A DNA stretch of 62,990 bases, the filler included, from Reticulomyxa filosa (Eukaryota; Protista; Foraminifera), in the NCBI GenBank assembly GCA_000512085.1. It is 10 parts of 10 records of this genome, joined end to end, with 100 filler letters (N's around TTAATTAATTAA, not from the genome) between each part and the next. Parts side by side here need not be neighbours in the genome. Positions count along the whole stretch, not along the records: positions 23,934 to 37,679 come from ASPP01018224.1; positions 37,780 to 38,998 come from ASPP01036095.1; 8 more parts are not named here. The stretch is one strand, 5' to 3'. This document shows positions 25,534 through 38,183 of the stretch, in pieces (within the stretch, counting starts at the first letter, position 1; each line of letters begins with the position of its first letter). The position numbers and the translations under genes were made by a program. The notes under the pieces are model-generated. The model made no database searches, was not told where the DNA came from, and was given only the letters and a program-made list of their open reading frames with translations.

Positions 25534-28500
25534 CTAATTTTTTCCAAATATAAGTTTTGAGACCGTCACTACTGCTGTCAAAAAGACAGCAATGATTGTC
25601 CGCACAAGTAAAACGCTCAAATCCCCATCATAAAATCGAGGAATAATATCTTTTCTTATGACAATTTCCTTGACATTGTCGATGAAGTCGAGATGTGCTT
25701 CTTCCAACAAATGTCTTTCTTCAATGACGGTTTTCTTTCGTTGTCGAAGACCCCAATCATTGGGTGACTCTTTCTCTGTTCCAGCACTCGCAATTTTTTG
25801 AACGTCATCGTTTTCAATTACGGTTACATGTTTCTCTTTGTTTTTCTTTTCGTGATCCGATTCTTCTAGATTTTCATCATCCAGATCAGGGAGGGTGCTA
25901 ACACTTGGAATGTTAACAACAGTCTGGTTTTTTTTCTCATCTTCGTCTCCGGCCGGTTGCGAGGCATCACCTGGATTTACTTCTGCCAATGGAACATTTA
26001 GATTATTGGAAGGAGCTAATATGAAAAATTTTTGTTTGATTGATTTCATGGATAATCGACATTTCAAATAAAAACGCTGCTCAGCGATAAATCTTTCTTG
26101 AATTTTTTGAATACTTTGAACATCTTGCGCACCAAACCAGATACGTATTAGGCACACCAAAAATAGGAGCCATAAAAACCCAATGCCATTCCACAAAATA
26201 CTTTGATACGCAATACCAGAAATAAAATAAACACGATAAAACATAAATGCACTCAAAAATAGTGAAATAGTGACCAACCACAATGTTGGTAATTCTTGTT
26301 TGCTGAATAACAAGCTACCTGTTCAAATCACGTACATACAACAATACATGCATACACAAAAAAAAAAACAATATGTTGTGAAGCCACTCAAAAAAGATAA
26401 GCACAGGAAAAAATAAACGAGACTTTACTCACCATCAACTGCCAAGAATGTTCGCATTTCCAACCATCCAAGTGCATTGGAATAACGCTTGAAAGATAAA
26501 AACAGGTTGCTAAATTGAGCACGGATGTTCCTTCTTCGTGTTAACAAAAATGTCAAATCGCCCACGTAACTCTTAAAAGTATTGAAATTGAGAACATATT
26601 GCGCTTCAATGGTTCGTAGCAATATTTGCACCAAGCAAAAGTTTGAAATGATGGCAGAAACGCATATTGCCACATGATTCGAGTAAATGAATGAATATCC
26701 TAATATCACACGAGTAATTCCTGGCAGCAGTGCATACAAAGCGCTTGTCAATGCAATTACAAATGTGACCTCTCCTATGTAGAGATACAACAAACAAGAA
26801 TGGCAAACATTTAAAAATTTAAACATGTAACAAAAAAAAAGGGGGGGAAAAAAAAAGGGAAAAAAAAAAAAAAAAAAGGTAACCCAACTTGGAATACGTT
26901 TTTGCGCTGATTTAGCCCTTTCGTAAGCATACAGATATTCCCCAGCAGAGCATTTATACTCAAAAATGTTCGCCAAAGTATAACTCGATTTCACCCAATT
27001 TTTGCCACGACGCCAATGGAGGATCAACGACGACATCATAGCTAATCCATACGCTAAACAACACCCAAAAAACCACGTATAAACAAAACGGTCCGGCGGT
27101 TTCAATTACGGACACATTGGAATCATAATAAACTACAACGGATGCATAATATAAATGAAAAAGTACCAATCCAAACAAGCCACTGGCGACAACAAACAAA
27201 ATAAATCGTTGCACCAGTTGCGCTTTCGACTGACTCAAAAACCAACGATAATTTCGAGCCGCTTCGTGCTGTTTTTCCTTTTCATCCGAGTTTTCTGCTG
27301 CACGACCAACCACCAACCCGAGCAAATCATATGATATTGCTTCAGGACGAGTATAATCCAAATCACGTGGGAATTTTATCAATAACTGTTCATAATTTCT
27401 TTTATCGTTATATTTGGTTTTGTTTGCATACACAATTTATTCCGTATCATATACATATTCATATATGTGCATATATACATATATGTATATACATATATGT
27501 ATATAAATATATATATATATATTTTTTTTTTTTAAATACGTGTAAAGTACAAAATATAACAACAATATGCATATGTAACTTTTCAGGCGAAAAAGTCAAA
27601 AATGCAACTACTTGCCACAGCAATCGCAGAGGCAAAATGCACCCATAAAGTAAGGATTTAACCAAGACATCCCTGCGAAATCGGCGAATGATGGTGTATT
27701 CTTTCAAAGACAATATCGGTAGTGAGATCTTATCAGGAGGAACATTTTTTTCCGAAATTTGGGTTAATCGCAACCGCTTTTGGAAATCCAATTGTCTGTC
27801 GTCCTCCACACTTTCTCCTATCAAATTGTGTTGAAAACATTCCACAAGTTGGTTCCACGCTCGTGTCGTTGCTGCCGCTGCCGCTGCTGGCTTCTCCTCA
27901 ACTGCGCTCGGTCGACTCCCTTCCAATGCCAGGAGTTTGTTTTGAGATTCGATCAAGCTTTTGAAGCACTCTTTCACTTGTTCTTTGTTCGACGCTGTCA
28001 ATTCGACATATTCGAAGTGATTTTTTTCCACAAATTCCATAACGATTAATTTTTGGTTTTTCTATCAAAAAAAATTAATAAATAAAATAAGGACGGCATA
28101 CAAAAAAAAACACTTATTACAATTAAGAAAAACGCAACATAAGTGCAAAAGGTGTACGTATGCAGGTTTACAAAAAAAAAGTTCAAATGAACCTCTGCAC
28201 AGAGAGTTATTTGTGTTTCAGTTTTTTCTTTTTTTTTTTTTTTTTTGAATTTTTTGTATGTGTGAAGATTGACCAAAAAAAAAAAATTAAAAAAAAATGA
28301 ACTTTTAAAACGTGTAGTTAATAGGCAAAGGGGAAAGGGGGAAAAAAAAAAAAACCTAAGGGGGGGGGGGAGGAGCGGATAAAGTATACTCAACATAGTC
28401 AGGCGGTGCAAATTCGTCAATCCTGTTGGCGGCAATAACAATTGGAAGAGAAGAAATATTTCCATTGGTAGACTTTTGCAGCTTGCTGATGTAATGTTCA

Positions 28501-28975
28501 ACACAACGCCATGAATTTTCAAAAAAATCTCCATATGCCATCACCAACAAAAAAGCATCACGAGTACGTATCCATGAATCTTGCAATGATGCAAATTCTT
28601 CTTGTCCCGCAGTATCCAAAATGTCCAGCAACAACCTTTGCTCTCCAATTGGAAAAATTTTCCGATAAGAATCTTAAAAAGGTTATGGCGGGTTCGCAAC
28701 CCATATTTGTGTTGTTTGTTTGTCGTGTGTATGTATTAAAAGGGAAACTGTCGGGCTTCATGCCTTTTTGTTTTGGTTTGTTTTTTGACTCTTTTTGATT
28801 GTTCACCTTCAATTGTGGCGTCGTGAGACTCTTGAAAAACCCCGTGCACAAACTGGGTGACTATCGAAGTTTTCCCAACTTTTGAAGTTCCAAAAACACC
28901 AACATAGAAGTCAGGTTCAGTCTCTCGGCCTTGAGTTGATTGTGAGAATGAGCGATTTGTTGCGTGTTCAGCCAT
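25534..28975 (-). CDS. Ras-family small GTPase fused to a PHTF-like multi-pass (7TM) membrane domain, 6 exons, about 850 aa
   Basis: Exons 28975-28807, 28672-28395, 28061-27580, 27398-about 26884, about 26770-26431 and 26318-25534 have compatible phases. Ras motifs GTSKVGKTS, ATIEDSYRK, LLDILDTAGQEEF, NRID and ELTAS. The C-terminus has 7-8 hydrophobic segments. One +1 frame break lies near 26960-27005. Confidence 0.8.
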
Positions 28976-30586
28976 TCTTTCAAAAAGGAGTAGCCTCCGA
29001 GATCAAATAAACAATACTACTTTCAACTTCGTTTTCCCAAGTTCAGTCGTTCACAAAAGTTCAACACCTTGTTCTCCCAGTTAAAAACTCTTGGAAAGAA
29101 CACAGCCCAAAAATACAATATCAATTATTTTTTTACCTATTGTCACGGCTTTCTAAAAGGTTTTTTGTGCAAAAAGATCAGATGAAAAATTATATGTTAT
29201 TGTGGATACGAATTAATCAAAGCTAAATCAAAAAACGTACTGTCTTTGACTCTTTCTAACTTAAATCTTTTATCTTTTTTATAAAACACATGCAACTTCC
29301 AATTTTTACATCCAAACATTTAATTATCTTTTTTTCTAGTCAAGTTTGCTAACCTTATCCAAAAGGACATAGTACGCACAAAACATATTAATTGATATAA
29401 CGACTTACAACAAAGAAAATTATTGATTATGTTGTAATATTTGTTGTTTTGACTGGAATGTTTTTGAAATTATTTATCAATGTTTCCAATCTGTTTGAAA
29501 TAGTTGACAATTTCTTGAGCAGTAAGCTGTTTACGTCGTGTAAATATCATGACTTCTACTGTTTTATCACAACACTAGCAACAAGTTGAATTTGACATTT
29601 GACCATTTTTGATATTTTTGCACTTTATTCAATGTATGTTTCATTTTTGCAATCACTTTTGCCATATTTTTTCATTTCGGTTCCAGTTAAGTATATTCTA
29701 AGACATTTTCATGAAGTTCATAACTTATATTTCTTTGAAAAAATGAAACGAAAAGCTAATTGTGATATTTATTCCAATTTGATCTTTTAAATGTATTTTG
29801 TATATATTTTTGTGTTACTTTCATAAAACCAATTATAATATGATATGTTTGTAATCTATTACATCATTTATATCTTTCGCAGTTTCTTCTGTCGACTTAG
29901 TGTAATATTGGTCAATGCAAAATAGATTTAAATCAAATACAAAAATACTATTGCTGTAACTGTTTCAGTATCGTATTTCTTTCGTTTTCGTTTTGCTGTA
30001 GCTGTCCATTTTCAAATTTTTTTACACATTTTTGGAAATATTTGCAAGTATTGTTACATCTGAATTGCACTAACAAAGAACCAGCTGTTTTACTTTCTAT
30101 TGCAATTTAGATAGAATTTTTTTAATTTAATTATCACAATGTGCACAAGTACATTTATACAATTTTTTTCTATTATAGTAATAATTTGGTTGATCTAATT
30201 TACTTTGATTTATGTACAATTATTTGATGATAGCTACATTTTCTAAAAGAAATAATTGATTCCAATAAAATAAAAATTCACTATTAAAAAATTACCATTT
30301 TGTGAAGGCAATTGATTTTATTAAAATAAACATTTCAGCTAACTTTTTTAAAAATACATATTTAAAATGATCTGGTTTATATTTATGAAAAGCAAGCTCT
30401 TAGATAAATTCAATAGAATGTGTGCTCCAAACGCGATTGAAAAACGACTGACGTAGTTTTTACTTGTACTAAAAAACTAACAACTGAACTTACCCGGCAG
30501 GTTTTTCCAATTCAAAAATTGCCACGTAAAGAATCTAAAAAAACTTATACATATTTTTACTAATAGTTATTATATTAAAAAATACG

Positions 30587-30831
30587 ATGAAAGCGTTCAA
30601 GGCAGCAACACAAAACAAGCCCACAGAATCTCAATACTTTGCAAAACTCGGAAAAGACGCCGCGGTCTTTGCTGGGCTTGTGGTTTTCACCTATCTTGTT
30701 CCTGTCGTTCTCGAACAAATTGGGTATTTACCTTTTTTTTCTTTGCTTTGACTTGAAATTTCTTGACAATTTTGTGGCCAAAAATAAAATTAATTAGCTC
30801 GAAGCCTTCGAAAGGATCTCAAAAGAAATAA
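30587..30831 (+). CDS. 56-aa single-TM microprotein, Tom5-like, 2 exons
   Basis: ATG at 30587, phase-2 intron 30724-30797, TAA at 30829-30831. Product MKAFKAATQNKPTESQYFAKLGKDAAVFAGLVVFTYLVPVVLEQIGSKPSKGSQKK. Confidence 0.65.
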
Positions 30832-31518
30832 GTTAGATATTGAAACGTGATACGGCTTTGCTGATGTTCACATGCACAAAGATTCGATTTGGAAAAAGAG
30901 ATAATTCCTGAACGTCACACTCAAAAAAATATCTGTTGTTCAATGCTAGTGTCTCGACTTTGCAAAAATTCTAATAAATTTTGTTTAACTTGTTTTTTTA
31001 ATCAACTTTTGAAATGAAAATCTGGCATCTTGGAAAATTTTTTTGTGAAAGATTTTTTTTGGAGAAAAATTTGGAATAACAATTGGTTACCCTGGGCAAC
31101 ATATTTCCGTCATGTCAAACTTCCAATTCAAACAAAGACCAATTTTGGGTCGAGAAAAAAAAAGCCACAACAACAAGGAAAGACGACACAAAACAAAATA
31201 AACAAATCGAGAAAGATCGCAAAACAGTTATAAACACTTTGGTCTCTCTCTTGCTTTTCGTATTCAATAAATTTTAAAATTTGTTTTGTTTTGTTTTGTT
31301 AGTGTGTCAGGTACTTTGGATTCCTCAAAGCACCTGATCGCTCTTGTTTTTTTTTATTTTTTTTATTTTCACGCCCTCACCCCTATTTCCCTTCCCGTTC
31401 CGTCCAAAAAAAAAAAAAAAAACAAAAACCTCACACAATGAATATTATTTGGTACTTTTTACAGTATTGATTCCAACAAACCCTTTGCAAACGGGTCGCA
31501 TATTATTCTGCAAACCCG

Positions 31519-32575
31519 TTAATGCCACATTTCATTTTGTACTTCCGTTATCTCGCTATCCACAGTTTTCATTGCTTGTTTCATTGCAATCATAGTTTCT
31601 TGAGTTGATTTTAAACCTTTTCACCAACAAACATTCAATAACAAAATTTTTTTCCTCCCATGAAACAAGATACAACTCTAATTACATTTTTTAAAAAAGG
31701 GGCGGATTGGTATAATATTGATATACAAAAAAAAGGGACCATTAAAAAAGTCCGAAAGGGGGTGTATGGTGCGTGTAGGGGGGGGGGGGGGAACAACGTA
31801 TACTAAACTTTTAAGAAGAACTTTTTCAGCATCACCAGCGCATCCGCAATTGCAAAGCATTTCGGCATTTTCCATAGTACGTTTAATTTGAGACTCAATT
31901 TCCAGGATCTGACGTAATTGCTCGTCTAAAATCCTTTCTTTTTGCTCGAATTTGTCATCAATAGTTTGCATGAGCTCATTTTCACATTCTTTGATTTCTT
32001 GAAAATGTGCCACGGAATCACTTTCAGTATCAGTATCAGTATCAGTGTCTGGTGTCTCAGTCAATTTAATTGCGACCATGTTTGTCTTCGTTTGCTCTAA
32101 GGCAATTGTTAAACGTCTTTTGTCTGACAATTCCGAACCTTTGAACACCGCATTCAAACTTCTTTTTAATTCGTCTGTGTTCATTTTTGTCAATATGTCC
32201 AATGACGTTATTCCTTTTTTTCTCATTCTCTCTGCGTACATGTCACAACGTAATGTCTTCAACCATTCCACTAATTCTTCAAACTTTTTAGTTTCTGTGG
32301 CCCCTTTTTCCAAAGTTGTATAAAAAAAAAAGAAAACTCCAAAATTTAGCTTGGAATACTAGTGTCCCATATGATACAAAGAAAATGAATTTTTCTTCTC
32401 CCTTTGCAAAGAAGGGGGAAAAAAAGGCTTGTGGTTATTTCATGTTTTCGTGTTGTGGTTGTTTGCGGTCATTACCAGCTAAGATAGCTTTCCCAACAAT
32501 TTTGGGTGAAAGGTTTTTTGGAGATATCCAATACTGCTCTTCCAATTTCTGGTTTTTTTTTAATTTATTTGCCAT
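31519..32575 (-). CDS. SAM-domain and coiled-coil protein, about 3 exons (3' end uncertain)
   Basis: LVEWLKTLRCDMYAERMRKKGITSLDILTKMNTDEL...DKRRLTIAL fits the SAM consensus. A phase-1 intron links exon 1 (MANKLKKNQK...ILA). Confidence 0.65.
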
Positions 32576-33376
32576 CTTGTTTAGCAAAGGAAAGTTCAAA
32601 ACCGAAATTTGGGAGCGAAAAACAAAATAAAAAAAAACTAAAACAAAACCAGGCGTTCCTTAAACTAAATGGACAGTGATATATAGAAATGTGTTGTCAA
32701 TTAAATGAAAATAAATTTGTGCGTGCAGTTTTGTTATAACTTTTTGTTCACAGAATCGGCAAACGTTAATGAAGATAGTGTCAAAACAGCTCTTTTTTAA
32801 AATTTATAATGTTTAAAATATTTTTTGTTTACGTGAACTTTTCTCAAGCTAGCTTCGTGCTTGATGGAATGTAGTAAGGAAAAAAAAAGAAGATAAATCT
32901 TTACATAGAAGATGTGGAATGAAAGAAAACAGGACAAGAAATCGAGTGTCCCCCCCTTATGTTAACATTGACCTCGTCACACAGTGCGTGGTTGAAATAA
33001 AGGTTGGGAGCACTTCAACAACAAAGTTAGGAATTATATCACACAAAAAGGACACAAGCCATTTTTCCTTACCAAAAAAAAAATCTTTCTTAAAAGTTGT
33101 ATCAGGCATGATACAATAACGTCGAACAATTATTTCAATTGAGTAGTGAGCATATCATAAACGCTTACCAACACGTTTTTTTCATGCGCTTCATACGACC
33201 TTCAGGAGATGTTTCATTATAATTTACTGGAGCAAACGAGCTGAGACAAAATAGCATAAATATTTTCGCAAAAAAAAAAAAAAAAATTGCGAGATACACC
33301 AAATAATAGAAAAATGCTCCCCTTTAAAAATAAAAGTTATTGAGCCTACGGGAAAGCTTGTCTTTCCAAAATTTTG

Positions 33377-34364
33377 TCACAACACAGAGAGGCGGTAAAT
33401 CGACGTACCTTTTTTATTGGCACCGTTTACCTTTGCCTTGTTCTTGTTTGTATGATTGCATTGCAAACAATAGCCAAGTAATTTGTCAACTGTCTCGGCA
33501 TTAATATGACAGACCTCTATTTCAATGTCATCAACTTCATTCTCAGATGAACACAGTGCTATTGGACATTTTCTATGGATCATTTCCACCACTTTGCCCA
33601 ACTGATCGCTGTTTAATTCAGTTACTAATTTCGCAAACTTCAATCGTTTTTCGTGTACACTCTCTTGGCAACTCATTTTATCTGCTTGCTTCCTTTGTTA
33701 ATTTAAAAAAAAAAAAAAATACATAGCAGCGCATTTTTTTTTTTGTTTTGTGCGAACAAAAAACCCCGATTGTATACGTTGCAAAAAACAAAAAACCATC
33801 TCTTTAACATTTTGAATATTCCTTTTTTTTTTTTGAAATTTGGATAAAAAAAATCCAATACCAAAAAAAATCAATATTATGTGTACCTTTTTTTCCGCAA
33901 TCATTTCTTTAAGTCGGGCAAACTTTTTTTTCGAAAATCTTGGCAAAATTCTGTGCAGCATGCATTTTTTTAAAAAAATACTGACAATGTAAGAAAAAAA
34001 AAAAGCAGGGTGTGTCATGTCAAGGTCAAAATTTGATACTGATTTTTTTTTTGTTTATTGCTCTTTCGATAACTTCTGCCACCATGTAAATGTTGCTCCC
34101 AGGAATATTGTAGCGTTTGGCATTTTTCCATACCAATCTTACATCCTCTGCAAATTCGTCTGCACTATCGTATTCCCCTCCACTTAGTTTTTTACCAATT
34201 GTCGCCAAGTCCATCGGATGTTTGATTATTTGAGGATAGTCAGGCAGATTCAGTGCTTTCCAGTCCACCGGATTTTCAAAAGGTTCAACTCCGGGTTTGG
34301 TCTTCAGTTCTTTCAAAATTTCGGCACATTGTGCTAATTCTTCACTTTGGATGCTATCATACAT
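33377..34364 (-). CDS. Bromodomain + ET (NET) domain protein, BET/GTE-like
   Basis: The bromodomain reads PFENPVDWKALNLPDYPQIIKHPMDLATI...DVRLVWKNAKRYN, with the conserved Asn. The ET region reads EKRLKFAKLVTELNSDQLGKVVEMI...DIEIEV. A small middle exon encodes NFAKIFEKKFARL. Confidence 0.92.
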
Positions 34365-35171
34365 GTTTGATATTTGATCTTAAGTTACTAAATGAAAGAT
34401 TTTTGGAAATTGAAAAGATCAAAAAAAAAAAGGAAGGTATACAAGTCGCTCTTGCCTACGTTTTGATTTTCAGAAAGAATTGATGCAGACAAAAACATTT
34501 AATTTGAACTTGAAAATCAAAAGGTAAAAAATTAGTAACTTTTTTAAAAAGTTTCCAGCGACGCTTTTAATATGTTTTATGGTTCTAAAAGTCGAAGTAC
34601 ATTGAATACAAGTTTGTTGACAACAAATTGCTTGTTGAATGCAAAAATAAGGATTCACATATGTTGTCCTTATCAACAAAACATTCAGTTTTGGTTCTGG
34701 TGGGATTCAAAAGACTAAATCCAAGCAATGGCGTAACACTTCCTTTACTCTACAAAAATAAAGAGCCTTTTAAGTTGTGAACAAAAAAGAGTTAAACAAT
34801 TTTTCAGTGTAATGTCCAATCAATAGAAAATTACCTTGCATCATTAATACCAAATTTATTAAATATCGTTATTTAAAAAGCGTGAATTTTCAAACAACAC
34901 GCAAAGAAAAAATGCTCAGCTGCAGCAGTGAAGGGGTTCAATATAATTTGTAAAAAATTCTGTAATATGCCCATTGCACAGCTTCTTTGTTTATAGAAAA
35001 TATTTGAACATTAACTCGTCAAAAACTCCACATAGTGTGCGAATCACAATTGATAATTTTGATATAATAACAAACTAAAAAAAAAAAAAGAGGTTTGTTG
35101 TCGTTTAAATTCTGTTGTGACTATCTTTCGAGGAGAAAGCCCTAACATTATATTCCATTGCATAGTCTTCA

Positions 35172-37384
35172 ATGTCTTCACCGACAACCGATGATGATAC
35201 GAAATCAGTTCCGCCCTCAGCCGGCATCATTATTGCCGCGGCGACTAGTTCAAAAAGTTACAAATCCGAAGACATATCAAAGCACTACAGTCCAGAATCG
35301 CTCATGATTAAAGGTGGGTTTTGTTAAAAAGTACGATATCTGTACGCATGCATATGCATATTGATAACAACAAACATGGACGAACAAGATTTACACTTGT
35401 ATTTCAAAGCAAAAAAATGGGGGGGGGGGAGGAAAAGAGAGGAAAAGGAAGAAGAAGAAGAAGAAGAAGAAGAAAAAAAAAAAAAAAGCACGATACAACA
35501 TGTTTTGAAAAAAAAAAAAAAAAAAAAAAGTGATTAAATTACACACTATTGGTTGTTAGAGTCGTCCTGTCGCCAGCAACAATGTAAGACCTCTTTGCTT
35601 CGATACTCCAAGACATCCGTGCTATGTATCTATGCAAACTTATGTTGGATTTGTATGGCATTAGCTACACTCTCATTCCGCTATGAGCAACTAGTTCAGT
35701 TGTTTTTTTTTTGTCATTATAACATATGCATATCTCGTTACGTTATGTATTTTGCTTATCAAATATTACAAATTATACACATTACATATGCATATATGTA
35801 CATATACAATATATATGTATATATATATATATACATATATCTAAACGACTTGCAATACAATCGAATCTTTGTTGTTACAATAGGTGACACAACAAGAATT
35901 TCCACCGTACAGTGAATTGAACGAATGCAAATTGACCGGCTATAATCAAAATACGCCGTGGGGCAAATCTTGTACGGTCAACTATTCCATCAACTATGAC
36001 TTTGACACCCCCATTTATTTTATTACAAATTGACCAACTTTTTTCAAGTGTGTATATATTTGGTTCATTTTTTTTTCTTTCTAAAAATACAACCACGCAT
36101 ACATACATACATACATGTATATATGTATATATGTGTATATATATATTATTTTTATTTTTATTTTTTTGCTGATATTGACAGAATCATCGAGTATATGTGC
36201 GATCGCGATCGGATTATCAGTTGAGTGGACAGCATCCATCGGAAGTGTCTACATGCGACTTGTGGTCAAGATACAATGGCAGCAAACTCCTGCCGTGTGG
36301 ACTTATTGCTGCTTCCTTTTTCAATGGTTTGTGTATGTATGATTACAATGCTCTCATTATGCGCGTAGTGTCCTCTTTCCTATGTGTATATGTGTGTTGT
36401 ACATTAACACACACGTGTGTGCATGATAACAATATAACTCTGTCAATTGCCATAACGAACACTGTGTTATTGTTATGTTTGTTTGTTTTTATTCATTTTA
36501 TTTGTATCGTTTATGGTGATGATGATGATGATGATGATGATGGGGGGGGAAACGGGACGGAAATTAATATTTGCTAAGATAAATATAATGTGACGCACAT
36601 TGACGGACGAACGGGACGACATACGCAGTTGTGTCCATATACGGCAGGATCGTGCACGGGAGACGAGCAAAAGAGTGAATGGACCAACGCCTCGTGGCAC
36701 CACAATGGGACGTGGGAAAACAGCAATATCCCCTGGTCTTCGGATAAACGCCACAAGTTCCGTCCAACGAAGCTGAAGTCGGGATTGACCAACCGTGCCG
36801 AGTTGCAACAGTGGCAACAAGTGACGTTACCAAACACGAGTGACGTGGATTTGATGGTGTGGATGAGGGTCGCTGCGAGTTCCACCTTTACCAAACTCTA
36901 TCGCATCAATCGTCAATTGAAGTTCAAAAAAGGGGACCGTCTTTTGGTTAGTTTTTTTTTTTTTTTTATATAAATAAATTATAAGAAAATTGATAAGTTT
37001 GTTTGAATGTATGCCATGGGGTGGGGGGTGGAAAAAAAAAAAGGTTCATATAAAAAATTATTTTGATGTGTCTCAATTTGATGGGACAAAATCATTGGTG
37101 ATATCGACGACCAACTTTATTGGCGGAAGAAATTTCGCATTGGGAATTGGGTTTTTTACGACTGGCATTGTCTTTGCTGTCATGTTTGTAATTTTCCTTA
37201 TTTTTGCTCCGCGAGACAGGTCTACACTTTATTCTCTCTTCTTTTTCTTTTTCTTCAAAAAATAATAATATATGCATCCCCCTTTTGTTGAATTTGAAAA
37301 AGAATAGGAATCAAACCCTATATACGACCAGAAATGCAGCTTAGCTACAACATGGCAGATGAAAGATTCACCAAAGAAAGGTGA
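35172..37384 (+). CDS. CDC50/LEM3 family P4-ATPase (flippase) beta subunit, multi-exon
   Basis: Motifs PIYFYYKLTNFFQ|NHRVYVRSRSDYQLSG, PCGLIAASFFN, IPWSSD, LMVWMRVAASSTFTKLY and FDGTKSLVISTTNFIGGRNFALG, with two TMs. The last exon is uncertain. Confidence 0.92.
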
Positions 37385-38183
37385 ATAATACTTGAGTTTG
37401 AGGGGCAGAAGAGATATATATATATAAATAAAATTTTTATTTATCTTTGTTGTCTAAATATATTCTTCTGTTTCTGTCCGGAAATAATCAATCTTATTAT
37501 TTTTTTTTGGCTTCTTTGTTTGCTTTTTTTCTCCTGCACTGTTTGTTTTCTGAAAGTTGATCATGGCTTGTTCTTTTTTGATTGCTCTTGTTTGGGACTT
37601 TTGCCCTCCCCCTTTTTCGAGTGAAACATATTCTTGGAAATTGCTTATGTAGAAATGTACCAATCTTTTTGTTTTGTGTNNNNNNNNNNNNNNNNNNNNN
37701 NNNNNNNNNNNNNNNNNNNNNNNTTAATTAATTAANNNNNNNNNNNNNNNNNNNNNNNNNNNNNNNNNNNNNNNNNNNNACTGACGCTGACAGGCTGTCA
37801 GGCCACGTCAGCAGTAGAAACAGCAGGTTAAGCATGTAATTGAATAAAGCGCTAGTATGTTATGCAAATCTCTCAGCTTCTTTAATGTATAAGAGAAAAG
37901 CTTCTCATGCAACAAGCATGAAGGGGGGAAGTTCGTAAAAGCTACAAAACTGTGTTTATATGTGGAAGCATAAATTGTAATATTTGAACTTAAACAATTT
38001 TAAAAATAAATAAATAAAAAGTTTAGTAATTTGGGAAATAAAAATTGAAAAATCGGGTTTTTTTTATTTAGTGAATCAAATAAACACAGTGGAACGGATC
38101 ATGAGGACGAAAAAAAGTTTTTTTGTTGTAATCAATGATTTTTTAAAGTGCAGACTTGAATAGCTGAGCCAATAACAAAAAAA

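Noticed and set aside
35321-36577. Poly-Lys, poly-Phe and Tyr-Ile ORFs in the ORF track
   Set aside because: They are translations of intronic homopolymers and microsatellites.
37780-37812. Small nested hairpin at the contig start
   Set aside because: Short arms, truncated context and no second copy.
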